Of a stretch of DNA of 64,000 nt, positions 29,601 through 38,574 are shown one piece after another. The position numbers were made by a program, and so were the translations under genes. The first letter of the stretch is position 1, and each line of letters starts with the position of its first letter. This DNA comes from Thermodesulfobacteriota bacterium (lineage in GTDB: Bacteria; Desulfobacterota; Desulfarculia; JACQYL01): positions 1,216,001 through 1,280,000 of the forward strand of contig CAXXLZ010000001.1 in assembly GCA_963675595.2 (NCBI GenBank), written 5' to 3'. The notes beneath the pieces are model-generated. The model saw only the letters and a list, made by a program, of their open reading frames with translations. It ran no database searches and was not told the origin of the DNA.

Positions 29601-32600
29601 TGCGAGGCGCGCAAATCCGCCTTGGCTTCAACCACGGTTCGTTCCAGACCCGCCCGGTTGTTTTCCTCATTCGGATCGTCCACCTTCGAGAAGACTTTGG
29701 CCGTATTCAGAATCAGACCCGTCGCCCTGGGGTCCACGGTCCCGCGTATACGCACCTCTTTCTTGGAGTGAGCCGTCAATGCGTCGAAAGACGCGGTTCC
29801 CTCCCAAGGCTTCCAGGTTTTTCCTTCATCCAGAGAGTACACGGGGTCCGGAATTTGGGCCGGTATCTCGGCCTTCATCTCGACGGCGGAAGCATCGGAA
29901 GGTCCTGCGTTGACCACCGCTGCAACGAGGGAGAGCTCCTCGCCCGCCGTCACGGGATCGGGAGCATCCGACAGAGTCACCGTCAGATCGGCAAGTCGCC
30001 CAACGGGCAGACTCAATGGTCCGGCGATGTTGTTGTCCACATCCGTATCCTTGGTATGGGCAACGGCCCTGATACGGTATGCGGGAATCACACCTGCATT
30101 GGATGAGAGTGGGCACCGCACCTTGAAGGATTCCGTAGCTCCCGCTTGGACGGTGCCGAGGGACAGCGGCCCCGTCCAAGCCTTCCACGCGCCGGACTCC
30201 GCATCCCGGTATTCCAACGCCTTCTGGTCGGACGGAATTTCGAGCTGCAGTGAGACGTCCCGGGCATCCGAAGGCCCTTCATTGATCAAGGACAGGAGAT
30301 ACTCAAAACTCTCCCCGGAAATCACACGTTGAGGGAGCCCGGACGATCGGAGTGAAATATCCGCATCCCGATCGACCTTTGTCCTCAAAGCGACCACTCC
30401 TTGTTCCTTTGCGACGCTCGCGGCTGAATCCGATTTCAGACCGAAACGGGCTTCAATGGGCTCTGATTCGGAAGAAAGAACCGTCCCTCGGATGGTCAGC
30501 GTCATTTCGGTCCCAACGGGCAGTGTTCCCAGACCGACGGCCGTTTTCCAGGGAGTCCACGTGACGCCGCCGTCGAGAGAATATTGGGCGCTCTTGAACG
30601 ACCCCGGCAGGGAAGACTCCAACACGGCATTCCGCGCATCCGACGGTCCCTTGTTCACCGCGTGCACGGTGTAGGTCAGCGGCGTGCCCGCGATTACCGG
30701 ATCCGTGTCGGCGACGACGGTCCAATCAAGCACGGAGACATTCTTCGTCTCAGCCTTTACGGAAAAATCATTGTTGGTCGCCAGGGGATCGTCCGTCTCC
30801 GACGCAACCGAGACGGAGCTCTGGAATTCGCCCAATGCCGACGGCGACACACGACTTCTCAGAAGTAATCGTTTTGTTTCCCCCGGTTTTAGGTCCCCCA
30901 AGGCATCCTGCATGGGCCACGGCTTCCAGCTGTTACCGTGATCAAGCGAATAGACGGGATCCAAGGCAGAGTCGGGGAATCGACCCAAGACCCGCACGCC
31001 ACGCGCGTTTGAAGGTCCCGCGTTGCCCACGGCCAAGTCATATTCCAGTTGTCGTCCCGCTACTATGACACCGGGAGTCATTTCGAGCTGCAATCCGAGG
31101 TCCGCTTCCGCTTTCACCGGGACTTGAACCGGCAGATGGTTGTTGTCGCGCGTCGGGTCTTCCGTCGCCGTGTTCACACGTCCTTGGCTGTAGACTCCTT
31201 CTAAAGCGGAGGGAGATACGACGCTTCTGAAGGATATCCGTTTGCTTTGCCCCGGTTCCATATTTCCAAGGGGGATACTGTCGTTCCATGGCTCCCAGGA
31301 CTTCCCCTCATTCAAAGAAAACTCCGATCCGGAAAGTTCTCCGGCGAAAGTGAAGTCCAATGAAACCTCATCAGCATCGGACGGACCCCGATTTTCCACT
31401 TCGAGGGCAAACTCCAGGTCCCTCCCGGCGATCGCCGCGGCGGGCTTCCCAGCACTGATCAGAGCAACGTCGGCGCTGGCTGTCAGCGGTGTCACCAACC
31501 TTCCACTGGAATTGTTCGACGGATCGGGATCCTTGGATCGTCCCCGAGCTTGGGCCGTCCCCGCAATGCTTCCCCTGGCGGAAGGCGCCACAAGGGCCCG
31601 AATCAGCAAGGTTCTGCTTTTCAGGGCCGGAATGAGAGGAAGGGTCGAGGCTCCGGACCAAGGTCGCCAAGTCTTCCCTCCGTCTTCCGAGTATTCCGGC
31701 TTCCGGAATTCAGATGTGAGACGGTCCTCCAATCGAACATCATCCGCGTCGGAGGGACCAAGGTTGGCCACTTCGATCTCGTAGGTCACCTCGCTTCCGG
31801 CCACGGCTTTTTCCTGAGCCGTCTTCTTTTTGACCAGGATATCCGCCTCTCGGATCACTTGAGTCTGCACGACGGAAAAACCGTCGGATATGCGGGGGTC
31901 AAAGGTTTCCAGGCCGACCGCTCTAAGGTCCACCCGGACGAAGCCCGCTGCGGAAGGCGCCACTTGTCCCCGAATTTGGAGGCTCTTCTTCGCCCCTTTC
32001 CTGATTCGACCAAGCTCAACGGGGCCATTCCAGGGATTCCACACCGCGCCTCCGTCCAGGGAGAACTCCGGATGCTGCAGATCCACGGGCGGCCTGCCTC
32101 TCAGTTCCGTCTCGTCCGATTCAGAGGGGCCCTGATTCGTCACGGTTATCGCATAGGTCAAACGGTGTTGTCCGCCCGCCACAACCGGTTGCGGTGTAGC
32201 TGTGGCAGCCAGCTGCAGGTTGGCGTGAGGCGTGATGTTCCGGTAAAGGTGCAGAGGCGAAAAAGCCCAAGGCCACGCGTGAATGGATACCGGATCCGGG
32301 TCCCCATCTCCGTCGAAGTCTGCGACGGTAACCGAATTCGCGCCTTGGGATCCCCCGTCGAAAAAAAGATGCGGCTCCCACTCCGTTCCTTGCCCGGTCA
32401 AGTTTTCGTACCACCACACGCTGTCCGTAAGCCAATTGGCGGCAAGCACGTCAAGGTAACCGTCCGAATCCAAATCCGCCGCCACGATGTGTTTAGGCCC
32501 CCCGCTTTCCTCTCCGGAGGCTACGACATGCTGTTCCCAAGGCTTTTTCTCCTTGAGTCGATTGCCGTACCAGACAACCTTATCGGCAGTGTAAAGCGCC

Positions 32601-33421
32601 GCCAGGACATCGACTGCGTCGTCTCCGTCCACATCTCCCACGGCCAGAGAAACGGGACCCATGGCATGCGTCTCGTCCACGAGATGCACCGTCCACGAAT
32701 TCCCTTTTCCGTCTTTGTTTTCGATCCAAACAATCCGATTCTTGTCTCCGAGTCCCGCCGGAACATCAATGTCGCCATCCCCGTCAATGTCGGCGGTGAC
32801 CAAGGTGTCGACTTCCCCGTTGAGCTTGGCGATCAAATGGGAACGGGGCTCGTGTGCGGGATTTCCGTGGTTCTCGAACCAGACAATCGTGTTCGAGCCT
32901 TTGAGCGCCACGACGGCATCCGGCAGACCGTCGCCGTTGATATCCGCCGCCGAAGAAGCGTTCGTGCGTCCTCCGGATTCGAGCAACGGCGCTTTCGTCC
33001 ACTCTTCGGACTTTCCCCCGTTGATGAACCAGCAGAGGGAGTCTTCATCCGGTGATGAAACCAAGATGTCGACCAAGCCGTCCCGGTTCATGTCGGCGGG
33101 GACCACGCTCGTAATCTTACCCGTTCCCTCGTAGATCTGGTGCACGGGCCATGGGGTATCGGCAGAGTCGGAACCCGGATTGGCGAACCAATACACGCTT
33201 CCCCAGCCCAATCCGACGATGATGTCCTGCAGTCCGTTTCCATCTACGTCCGCCGCCGCCAGACTCTCCAACGTGTCAAACTGCTTGGAGAAAACGGTTT
33301 CAGCTTTTGAGAACTCGGCACCGGCCGGAGCTTGGGCGACCACGCCCCCCAACACGAGAGCATGAAGGATGAGAGAGATTACAACCAGCCGTACAACGGC
33401 GGTGTGCATGCAATGCTTCAT
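23672..33421 (-). CDS. Giant secreted protein: FG-GAP/VCBS propeller + 23 DUF11 (Ig-like) repeats
   Basis: Signal peptide; D(V/M/I/L/F)(D/N)xDG..D repeats; 23 units AD(L/V)...AG....(Y/F)...N.GPSDA...DP...NN; start ATG 33421 with GGAG RBS. Confidence 0.92.
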   Translation of the reverse strand: MKHCMHTAVVRLVVISLILHALVLGGVVAQAPAGAEFSKAETVFSKQFDTLESLAAADVDGNGLQDIIVGLGWGSVYWFANPGSDSADTPWPVHQIYEGTGKITSVVPADMNRDGLVDILVSSPDEDSLCWFINGGKSEEWTKAPLLESGGRTNASSAADINGDGLPDAVVALKGSNTIVWFENHGNPAHEPRSHLIAKLNGEVDTLVTADIDGDGDIDVPAGLGDKNRIVWIENKDGKGNSWTVHLVDETHAMGPVSLAVGDVDGDDAVDVLAALYTADKVVWYGNRLKEKKPWEQHVVASGEESGGPKHIVAADLDSDGYLDVLAANWLTDSVWWYENLTGQGTEWEPHLFFDGGSQGANSVTVADFDGDGDPDPVSIHAWPWAFSPLHLYRNITPHANLQLAATATPQPVVAGGQHRLTYAITVTNQGPSESDETELRGRPPVDLQHPEFSLDGGAVWNPWNGPVELGRIRKGAKKSLQIRGQVAPSAAGFVRVDLRAVGLETFDPRISDGFSVVQTQVIREADILVKKKTAQEKAVAGSEVTYEIEVANLGPSDADDVRLEDRLTSEFRKPEYSEDGGKTWRPWSGASTLPLIPALKSRTLLIRALVAPSARGSIAGTAQARGRSKDPDPSNNSSGRLVTPLTASADVALISAGKPAAAIAGRDLEFALEVENRGPSDADEVSLDFTFAGELSGSEFSLNEGKSWEPWNDSIPLGNMEPGQSKRISFRSVVSPSALEGVYSQGRVNTATEDPTRDNNHLPVQVPVKAEADLGLQLEMTPGVIVAGRQLEYDLAVGNAGPSNARGVRVLGRFPDSALDPVYSLDHGNSWKPWPMQDALGDLKPGETKRLLLRSRVSPSALGEFQSSVSVASETDDPLATNNDFSVKAETKNVSVLDWTVVADTDPVIAGTPLTYTVHAVNKGPSDARNAVLESSLPGSFKSAQYSLDGGVTWTPWKTAVGLGTLPVGTEMTLTIRGTVLSSESEPIEARFGLKSDSAASVAKEQGVVALRTKVDRDADISLRSSGLPQRVISGESFEYLLSLINEGPSDARDVSLQLEIPSDQKALEYRDAESGAWKAWTGPLSLGTVQAGATESFKVRCPLSSNAGVIPAYRIRAVAHTKDTDVDNNIAGPLSLPVGRLADLTVTLSDAPDPVTAGEELSLVAAVVNAGPSDASAVEMKAEIPAQIPDPVYSLDEGKTWKPWEGTASFDALTAHSKKEVRIRGTVDPRATGLILNTAKVFSKVDDPNEENNRAGLERTVVEAKADLRASQSALSDSAVAGDEFAWDLTAYNEGPSDAKEVWVQAAMPEGIRNPLVSMDDGVTWNPVNDERIRVDRIAAKDEKRILFRGLIEPSRRDPLVGKVVIGSETPEVNEENDAAIMEIGVVETADLRIGIESVKETNIAGNEISYRIILENRGPSNAANVTLRDNAPERLSRPEISVDGGSTWLPWPGMLNFDVMPSGEIRELLLQGRIDPAASGLLTYEARIHSSATPDPDKENDRFVLGTQIEARADLSLELLHAPDAVLAGDETEYRLRVSNLGPSDAMGVGLSYEPLGLLERAKASIDGGDNWEPSSGTLELGSLDAGGVREIVIRGRVPSRTKDELSGAFLVSAATSDSIASNDKVDSSSIPVSVEADVSVLLWTPTAPFVAGERASYTITVSNNGPSDADEVLLNARWPETVRQVQYSPDQGKTWRKWEGAVSLGNVRADALVKIPAWGILDGTVVEDVAQSVEVISKTRDPILENNHAHGATRVVAKADLSVIATVDSGGIPAGKDLEAVIKVTNAGPSGAPGVVLIHHPEDAGVELQVSRDGGITWTALVGELELGDMAPAETLSLPMRSPVPSSASGKALRRFEVASSIEDTNPENNLYLIQAPIVSKSQIALELVQAPESGVAGRPAEFLVRIGNSGPSDAGGVALNTNAGTALQGARYRLPEGNWEPLDKKINIPNLPVGGIVDLKIEGRVPPDSVGSVSLELKPSSENEGMELSGNDLVMSTGPLARLADLSLTRTDGPTSAVAGLTLQYEFTVLNSGPSHASGVVVMTPVSDRISQMEISTDGGDTWQGFDDSASLGELSVLQSRKFLMRSAVDSSADQTLDYRVRVESQVPDPREDNNLWEGKIDVSIRADLAASISQDQERVVAGSSVVYRMRIENLGPSDARDCIVEEDSASEISTTEFALGDGETWRPFQERPNLGTVRAGEARWVRFRCPIPSSRKTGFEKAYTVRADTDDPDSENSTARIRTELESVADLSVQMEGSREPAAAGDIFEYLISIANQGPSDALGVTLTDELAPIFRKPEIVLSGTDKWISFPGRAELGTIPAGKSLEFRLRGLIDPSASGTVTNSVNVGAETRDTNSSNNSSALVRTTIERSSDMAVLKVGGTDPLVPGEEFEFVLEAKNLGPSDADKVGIGCELPSQLKNTLISLDNGGTWMDPGAPGFLGGVAAGEKREFRIRGLVDTSTQLPMAFNVSVASDNPDPVSRNNSLSLVPAVHAEADLSILVTADHDPVVAGGTVVFRVMVKNEGPSDARNVAIKDVEVAPLSNAEFSSDGGDTWSPWKGSTRMDLLPAKAAAEILVRGVVSAGAISRISRKMSVSSAAADGNPKNDTMELVSRVATEADLSAEETTHPNPITAGTFLLRRLRVVNHGASDARGVVVKDRSAGLLSAPLCRIGHDGRWEPWNGALDIGTLEAGQTRDIEVRGVVPAGRLEELKSGIRVESTTSDPNPGNNDSRERLTQVKAVSDLSIHPADMAPQANAGEMVEFAFEIRNNGPSDARDVVAEDEFPEGRVKDPEFSLDEGENWSPWRGSARIRLVKAGEGVRVKIRGEVDASAPQGAIPYTVAVISATEEARAQDNSSGIMAVKVNTAADLSIKITGKPDPVEVTRTLEYDLIVENLGPSDAQDAVILDDLPSALQDPEFKVGKESAWRRWAGSMKLGTIPAMSSTAVRLRATVSPAATLSLKNRVEVRSTTIDPNIRNNRAEAATRVETIADLGVTMTGAPDPVRSGDRITYTVVIYNHGPCVAEELFLKHESSPSLVDPKYSTDGGANWRPLDRGAALGRIEVGQSRYALIQAALDPKATGRIESRSEISSATRDIRPENNLSDPVVLNIVSEADLQLTKSASVREVAAGESVLYTISVENRGPSDALQVKLTDRLPPRLLQPEASLDGGASWNRISGSMSLGTILSGTTKLVLIRGKVSPDSPSGSIINTAVVESDTLDPNPENSRSRAVSISVMGTLPQ

Positions 33422-33919
33422 ATGAAACTCCGTGGTGATCTCCGGAAGCTGTGAACCGACATTCCGGGAGAAAAAGGGGCGGCATGATGAAGGCTTTGTT
33501 TTCAAAGCCGTCCTCCGGCCGGTATGGATGTAATGGCGATGGTGGGGGGTATGAACATAGATGACTCGATCGCCGATGAATTCATGAAACCGCGCGGGCT
33601 TGACCGTATCTCCGAGGGAGGAGAGGTTGAGGAGAATTCAATTCTAATACATGAATATGTACCTAAAATCGCTTTGTTGCGCAAGACGTATGAGAAGACA
33701 AAGCGGTCACCGTGCGCCATATCGTTTTGAAATTACAGTCGATTCAAGGGGGGGTGAAACGAGCGCTCGGACCGGCTTGGATTCTTCTTCATCCACAGGC
33801 ACGGGTCGAACAAGGGATGTCCGGCCATGGTGTGGAAGAGGACGGAAACGGCCGTCCCGGCGCAGCCGATCCGCGCGGCTTCGGCAGATTCTCGGGGACA
33901 AGGCAAGGAATGCGACGAT

Positions 33920-35095
33920 CTATCCGTTGGAGCAGCCGCAAGAGGATCCGGAGGAACAGGAGGAATTGATTTGGGAGTCCTGCGAATGAAGTCCGTGCGG
34001 ACCGGTTCGATGGGCGCTTTCATCCCGGCCTGGAAAACGGGAGACAATCTTCCGCCGAACGGGGTTCACCGAGATCAGCAGCAGCAATACGGCTCCGAGC
34101 ACACCCAGCTCATGGGGAACCAGCTCGGCCGCCTTTCCCAGGACCGCTCTCGCCGAGATCCCTAAAGATGAGTAGATGGAGTCCAGCGCCAAACCACTGA
34201 GCACGGCCACCAGGGAAAGGGACGCCAGGTAAATCGCCGTCCCCCGTTTTCCCAAGACGCTCGGCAAAACGGTGAGAGAGGTTATGTTGGTGGCCGGGCC
34301 GACCAGCAGGAAGACCAAGGCCGCTCCGGGGCTTACTCCTTTGAGGAGAAAAGTGGCCGCTATGGGAGTCGATGCGGTGGCGCAAATATAGAAAGGGATC
34401 CCGATAACCAACATGATCATCATGGATCCGAGTCCTCCTCCAAGATGGGCGGACGCCAATTCCATCGGCAGCAGGACGGAAATGACGCCGGCCAACAGCA
34501 GGCCCGTGAAGAACCAAACGGCCAAGTCGCCCCAGACTTCCCCAAATGCGTAAACCAGACCCGCCTTAACCTGTTGCCGGAAGGACCGACCGCCTTGGTG
34601 CGCCTCGGATGAACAGTCCGTTCCGTTGCAGCACGAATCCACAGACCGGCTCAAATCGAAGAGGGGGATCGGGGTTTTGGCGGGAGGATGGAGCAGGTTC
34701 TCGGTGATCCCTGCAGTCACGGCGGCTGCGAAAGCGGCACCCGGACGGGCCACGGTCATGATGGGATCCATCAACGCGTAAGTGAGGGCGATGGAGTCCA
34801 CACCGGACTCCGGAGTGGAGATGAGAAAGGAGGCAACGGCTCCGTTGTTGGCCCCCTGTTTCTTGAGAGAAGCGGCTGCGGGCAGCACGCCGCAAGAGCA
34901 CAACGGCAACGGGACCCCTAAAAGTGCGGCTTTGAACACCGAAGAAAAACGCCCCGATCCCAAGTGTCCGGCTACCGTGGAAGGCTTAAGAAAGACTTTG
35001 AGCATCCCGGCCGCCACAATGCCGAAAATCACGTAGACGGATGAATCTGAAAGGATGTGCCAGGACTCCGAAAGAACGGCCGTGAAATAGTGCAT
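33920..35095 (-). CDS. DUF318/ArsP-family permease (SO_0444-type metal efflux transporter)
   Basis: PLPLCSCGVLP, FLISTPESGVDS, PFYICATASTP, FLLVGPATN; Cys/His-rich loop and tail. Confidence 0.88.
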   Translation of the reverse strand: MHYFTAVLSESWHILSDSSVYVIFGIVAAGMLKVFLKPSTVAGHLGSGRFSSVFKAALLGVPLPLCSCGVLPAAASLKKQGANNGAVASFLISTPESGVDSIALTYALMDPIMTVARPGAAFAAAVTAGITENLLHPPAKTPIPLFDLSRSVDSCCNGTDCSSEAHQGGRSFRQQVKAGLVYAFGEVWGDLAVWFFTGLLLAGVISVLLPMELASAHLGGGLGSMMIMLVIGIPFYICATASTPIAATFLLKGVSPGAALVFLLVGPATNITSLTVLPSVLGKRGTAIYLASLSLVAVLSGLALDSIYSSLGISARAVLGKAAELVPHELGVLGAVLLLLISVNPVRRKIVSRFPGRDESAHRTGPHGLHSQDSQINSSCSSGSSCGCSNG

Positions 35096-35169
35096 GCGGT
35101 GCTCACTTGCGCTTTTGCTTCAATTAAAGGACGAATGAACCTTGAAGGCGCCCTCAAAGTTATGAACGA

Positions 35170-35213
35170 TTGAACATATGCTCAAATATAGGCGAGTCCC
35201 CCGCCTCTGTCAA
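35170..35213 (-). promoter_or_regulatory. sigma70 promoter with adjacent ArsR/SmtB-type operator
   Basis: Minus strand TTGACA(35213-08)-N17-TATATT(35190-85), followed by near-palindrome TTGAACAT/ATGCTCAA (35170-35185). Confidence 0.75.
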
Positions 35214-35320
35214 GCGCTTCATCGCTCCCACACCGAATACCTCGATCCTGGAAAACGGCGATTGGACGGCGCGGTGGAGGCCGCGCGGCCCCTCTCATGC
35301 GAAAGTACGAGAAGTCTTGT

Positions 35321-36241
35321 TCATCCGATCATCGACAACGCTCCGGGCAGAAGCTCGAATCTTGCCGGCAGTTCGCCCACGGCCTCTCCGTCCATTTCTA
35401 TGAACGCTTTGGCGGAGGATCGCGCTTCCAGACAACGGATTTCACTGTAACGCACTCTCGGATGATGCAAATAGGTGCCGGCCCGAAACGCAGGAAGATA
35501 TCGAAGTGCTTCCACTAGGCCAAAGGAGCCGATTTCGATCATGGAAAGGCTTCCGCTGTTCAATTCCGCGTGGGGCGCCGCCTTGATTCCACCTCCGTAA
35601 TATCGCCCGTTTCCCAAAATCACGTCGAACAGGAGACGTTTTTCTTCCTTTTCACCGTCGATGCGCAATGTGATTTCACGGGTCCGATAGGTGAACAGGG
35701 TCATCAGAATCGCCCATAGAAAAGCGAGTCCGCCTCCCATTCTTTTGGTGGTTCTCGTCACCCGCTCAACTACGGCGCCCCCGGCACCGAAATCCGTCAC
35801 GTTCAGAAAGAACCGTGTGGCGCTTCGGCCGGAAAAGTCGATGAAGTCGGCTTTGCCCACGTCGATTCGTTTTGTGAGCCCTTGATTGATTGCATGAATC
35901 AACGAGTTCGGATTGTCGGCGCCTCCCAGCGTTTTCGCAAAGTCACCGCAAGTGCCCACGCTGAAAATGCCGACCGCCGCGCCAACGGCTTCCCTCCCCC
36001 CGCCCTCGAAGAAACCGTTGAGCACCTCGTTGAGCGTCCCGTCACCACCGACGCCCACAACCCGGTGTGCTCCCTCTCTCACCGCGTTGGCCGCGAGGTC
36101 CCACGCGTGACCCTGATTTCGGGAAAAAACGGTGTGAAAAGGGCGATGTAATTCCCTTTTCAGCCGACTCTCCAAACCGGGCCAGATGCGACCCGTCCTA
36201 CCACAACCCGCAGCGGGATTTACGATGAACACGACTTCCAT
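35321..36241 (-). CDS. Diacylglycerol kinase family lipid kinase (YegS/BmrU-like)
   Basis: IVNPAAG, GGDGTLNEV, GTCGDFAK, NGRYYGGG, DGE. Confidence 0.92.
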   Translation of the reverse strand: MEVVFIVNPAAGCGRTGRIWPGLESRLKRELHRPFHTVFSRNQGHAWDLAANAVREGAHRVVGVGGDGTLNEVLNGFFEGGGREAVGAAVGIFSVGTCGDFAKTLGGADNPNSLIHAINQGLTKRIDVGKADFIDFSGRSATRFFLNVTDFGAGGAVVERVTRTTKRMGGGLAFLWAILMTLFTYRTREITLRIDGEKEEKRLLFDVILGNGRYYGGGIKAAPHAELNSGSLSMIEIGSFGLVEALRYLPAFRAGTYLHHPRVRYSEIRCLEARSSAKAFIEMDGEAVGELPARFELLPGALSMIG

Positions 36242-36325
36242 AGACTTCTCTTGACGGGCTCAACAGAAAGATACGGTGAAGTACGCAGAAGATGGGAACG
36301 AAGCAATGACGTTAAGCGGCGATTA

Positions 36326-37435
36326 TTATGATTTTGCCCGCATCACCTCACTTAGGGCGTTGATGAGAAGCTCGTTTTCCGAGTGGTTCCTGACGGCGAC
36401 GCGGATGTAATCTTTGCCGACCCCCCTAAAAGAAGCGCAGTCTCGAACCAGTATCTTCCTGCGGGACATGGCTTCGGAGATTTCGTGAGAGTCCCGGCCG
36501 GGCGCCGAAATGCGGATCAATAGATAATTGGCTTCCGAGGGGTGGCAGATGAGTGAGGGGATGTCGGAGGCGATCTTGCCGAGCATCCACTCCCGCTCCG
36601 CTTCAATTGAGGCGACGCTCCGTCTCACATAATCATCCTGAGTCATGCAATAGAAACCGGCTTCATGAGCAAGAACATTCACCGTCCACGGTTCCATACG
36701 CATGCCGAGATCCCGGACCCAATCCGGATGGGACACCAACCATCCTAAACGGAGCCCCGGGAGGGCATAGATCTTGGTCACGGATCGGAGCACGATGAGG
36801 TTCTTGGAAACGGCGGCGGTACGAATCCATGATTCGCGTCGAGTAAACTCGATGAAGGCCTCGTCGAGAACCAGAATGCGGCTTGAACCCTCGATTTGGT
36901 GCACGAGTTCATGAAGCAGATCCTCGGGTATCGATTGTCCCGTGGGATTGCCCGGATTGGCCATCCAAAGAGTCCTTGCACCCGGGGCAACCAATCGGTC
37001 CAATATTTCATCGGTAAAGGGCCACGGAGGCTCGGACTCGGGAAACACATATTCCACCGGCCGTCCGGCCAGGAGAGCCGCGTTCTCGTATTCCCCGAAG
37101 GCGGGACCGGCGATACGAACCGTGCCCTCCCCCAAAGCTTTCGGAAGCAAATAGATGAAACTGGTGGAGCCGTTGCCCACGAGCACGGAACCGCGGGGAA
37201 GGCCGTGGTGCGCTTCCAAGGCCGCGGCCAAGCTCTCGGCTCCCATCTCCGGATAGTGGATCACTCGGTCGAAATGCTCGAAAAGGTGTTCTCTCAAACC
37301 TTCGGGAGGGCCCGACGGATTAATGCTCGCACTGAAGTCATGAATTTCTTCCGGAGGAACGCCCAACTCACGGGCCACGGCGAACACTCTGCCGCCGTGG
37401 AAGCGGTTCAGCGAGTATAGATCGTGTTTCATCAA
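36326..37435 (-). CDS. cobD: Threonine-phosphate decarboxylase
   Basis: HGG, DFSASINP, GNGS, NPGNPTG, DEAF, RSVTKIYALPGLRLG; adjacent to cbiB. Confidence 0.9.
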   Translation of the reverse strand: MMKHDLYSLNRFHGGRVFAVARELGVPPEEIHDFSASINPSGPPEGLREHLFEHFDRVIHYPEMGAESLAAALEAHHGLPRGSVLVGNGSTSFIYLLPKALGEGTVRIAGPAFGEYENAALLAGRPVEYVFPESEPPWPFTDEILDRLVAPGARTLWMANPGNPTGQSIPEDLLHELVHQIEGSSRILVLDEAFIEFTRRESWIRTAAVSKNLIVLRSVTKIYALPGLRLGWLVSHPDWVRDLGMRMEPWTVNVLAHEAGFYCMTQDDYVRRSVASIEAEREWMLGKIASDIPSLICHPSEANYLLIRISAPGRDSHEISEAMSRRKILVRDCASFRGVGKDYIRVAVRNHSENELLINALSEVMRAKS

Positions 37436-38376
37436 ATCATCCTGTATGTACTGGCGAGTATGACCATGAGCACCGAAGCCACAAAAAGCACATGTTCCGC
37501 CTCCTGCACACGATCCGTGTCCAGGGGATGCACCGCGTCACCGATATAGGGCTTGTCCGACAAGAGTCCTTGATAATAGGAGGGACCTCCCAGACGTACT
37601 CCCAACGCCCCGGCCATTGCCGCCTCGGGCCTGCCGGCGTTGGGGCTCTTGTGTTTGTCCCCGTCCCTTCTGAAGATTTTCCATGCGGAAACCGGGTCCA
37701 ATCGCAACACATAGGCGGCGCCTGCGATCAGTAATGCGGTGAGTCTTGCCGGTACATAATTCAGTACATCGTCCATTCGCGCACTAAACCACCCGAGGTG
37801 AAGATACCTCTCGTTCTTGTAGCCCAGCATGGAATCCAGCGTGCTGGCCGCTTTGTAGGCCATGGCCAAAGGTACGCCCCCGAGCGCCAAATAAAACAGA
37901 GGGGCGATTACGCCGTCCGACAGGTTTTCCGCCACGGTTTCGATGACCGCGCGCAACACCGCGTCCGCATCCAGCTCGGCGGTATCTCGGCCCACAATCA
38001 TGGACAGCCGCTCCCTGGCGCCGGTCAGGTCATCGGCCTTCAACGCTTTAACAACGCTCCACGACTGCAAATACAGGTCACGAACCGCAATGGTGGTGTA
38101 GGCTAGAACGACCGATGCCAGAATACCGAACCACTCGGCCGCTGCAAAACAGATGGCGAGAATGATTGTGGTGATCACCAATACAGCAAGGACGATGCTG
38201 AGTGACAGGATGACCCCGCCCCATCGCAGCTTTCGCTCGCTTCGAGCCCAAGATCGGACCCAGGCCTCCATTTTGTCGACAATATAACCGATGCCCCGAA
38301 CCGGATGAGGCGCCCACTGGGGGTCGCCTACGATCAGATCCAAAACAAACGCACACCATATCATGCCAAAAGACAA
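37432..38376 (-). CDS. cbiB: Adenosylcobinamide-phosphate synthase CbiB
   Basis: GDP..HPV, IVGRDT, ETVAENLSDGVIAP, TLDSMLGY, SPNAG.PEAAMAGAL. Confidence 0.95.
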   Translation of the reverse strand: MSFGMIWCAFVLDLIVGDPQWAPHPVRGIGYIVDKMEAWVRSWARSERKLRWGGVILSLSIVLAVLVITTIILAICFAAAEWFGILASVVLAYTTIAVRDLYLQSWSVVKALKADDLTGARERLSMIVGRDTAELDADAVLRAVIETVAENLSDGVIAPLFYLALGGVPLAMAYKAASTLDSMLGYKNERYLHLGWFSARMDDVLNYVPARLTALLIAGAAYVLRLDPVSAWKIFRRDGDKHKSPNAGRPEAAMAGALGVRLGGPSYYQGLLSDKPYIGDAVHPLDTDRVQEAEHVLFVASVLMVILASTYRMI

Positions 38377-38574
38377 AGGTGATCCTCCTCGCGTTGTCTG
38401 ATTCGAGCAAGAGACTGATACGGCCCTGATTCAGGGAGAATGGGCTCCCCATATCACAAGGAGGAGCCAAAAGAAAGACTAATAGATAGGGCAAGTACCG
38501 AACGGACACGTCAAGCGGGAAATTCCCCCCGCCACGCCTAGGACTTGGAAAATCGGCGGAATGACCGGGCGTTT

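Noticed and set aside
23672-32230. Repeat array as CRISPR, tandem DNA repeat or diversity-generating target
   Set aside because: Repetition is protein-level only; no near-identical DNA repeats, and no cas or reverse transcriptase genes
31550-33055. 501-aa antisense ORF within the giant DUF11 gene (and many similar antisense ORFs)
   Set aside because: Typical stop-poor shadow frames of GC-rich coding DNA; no motifs
33500-33920. Small ORFs and a CGCTTTGT...ACAAAGCG inverted repeat upstream of the giant gene
   Set aside because: No coding signal or recognisable RNA motif; insufficient support
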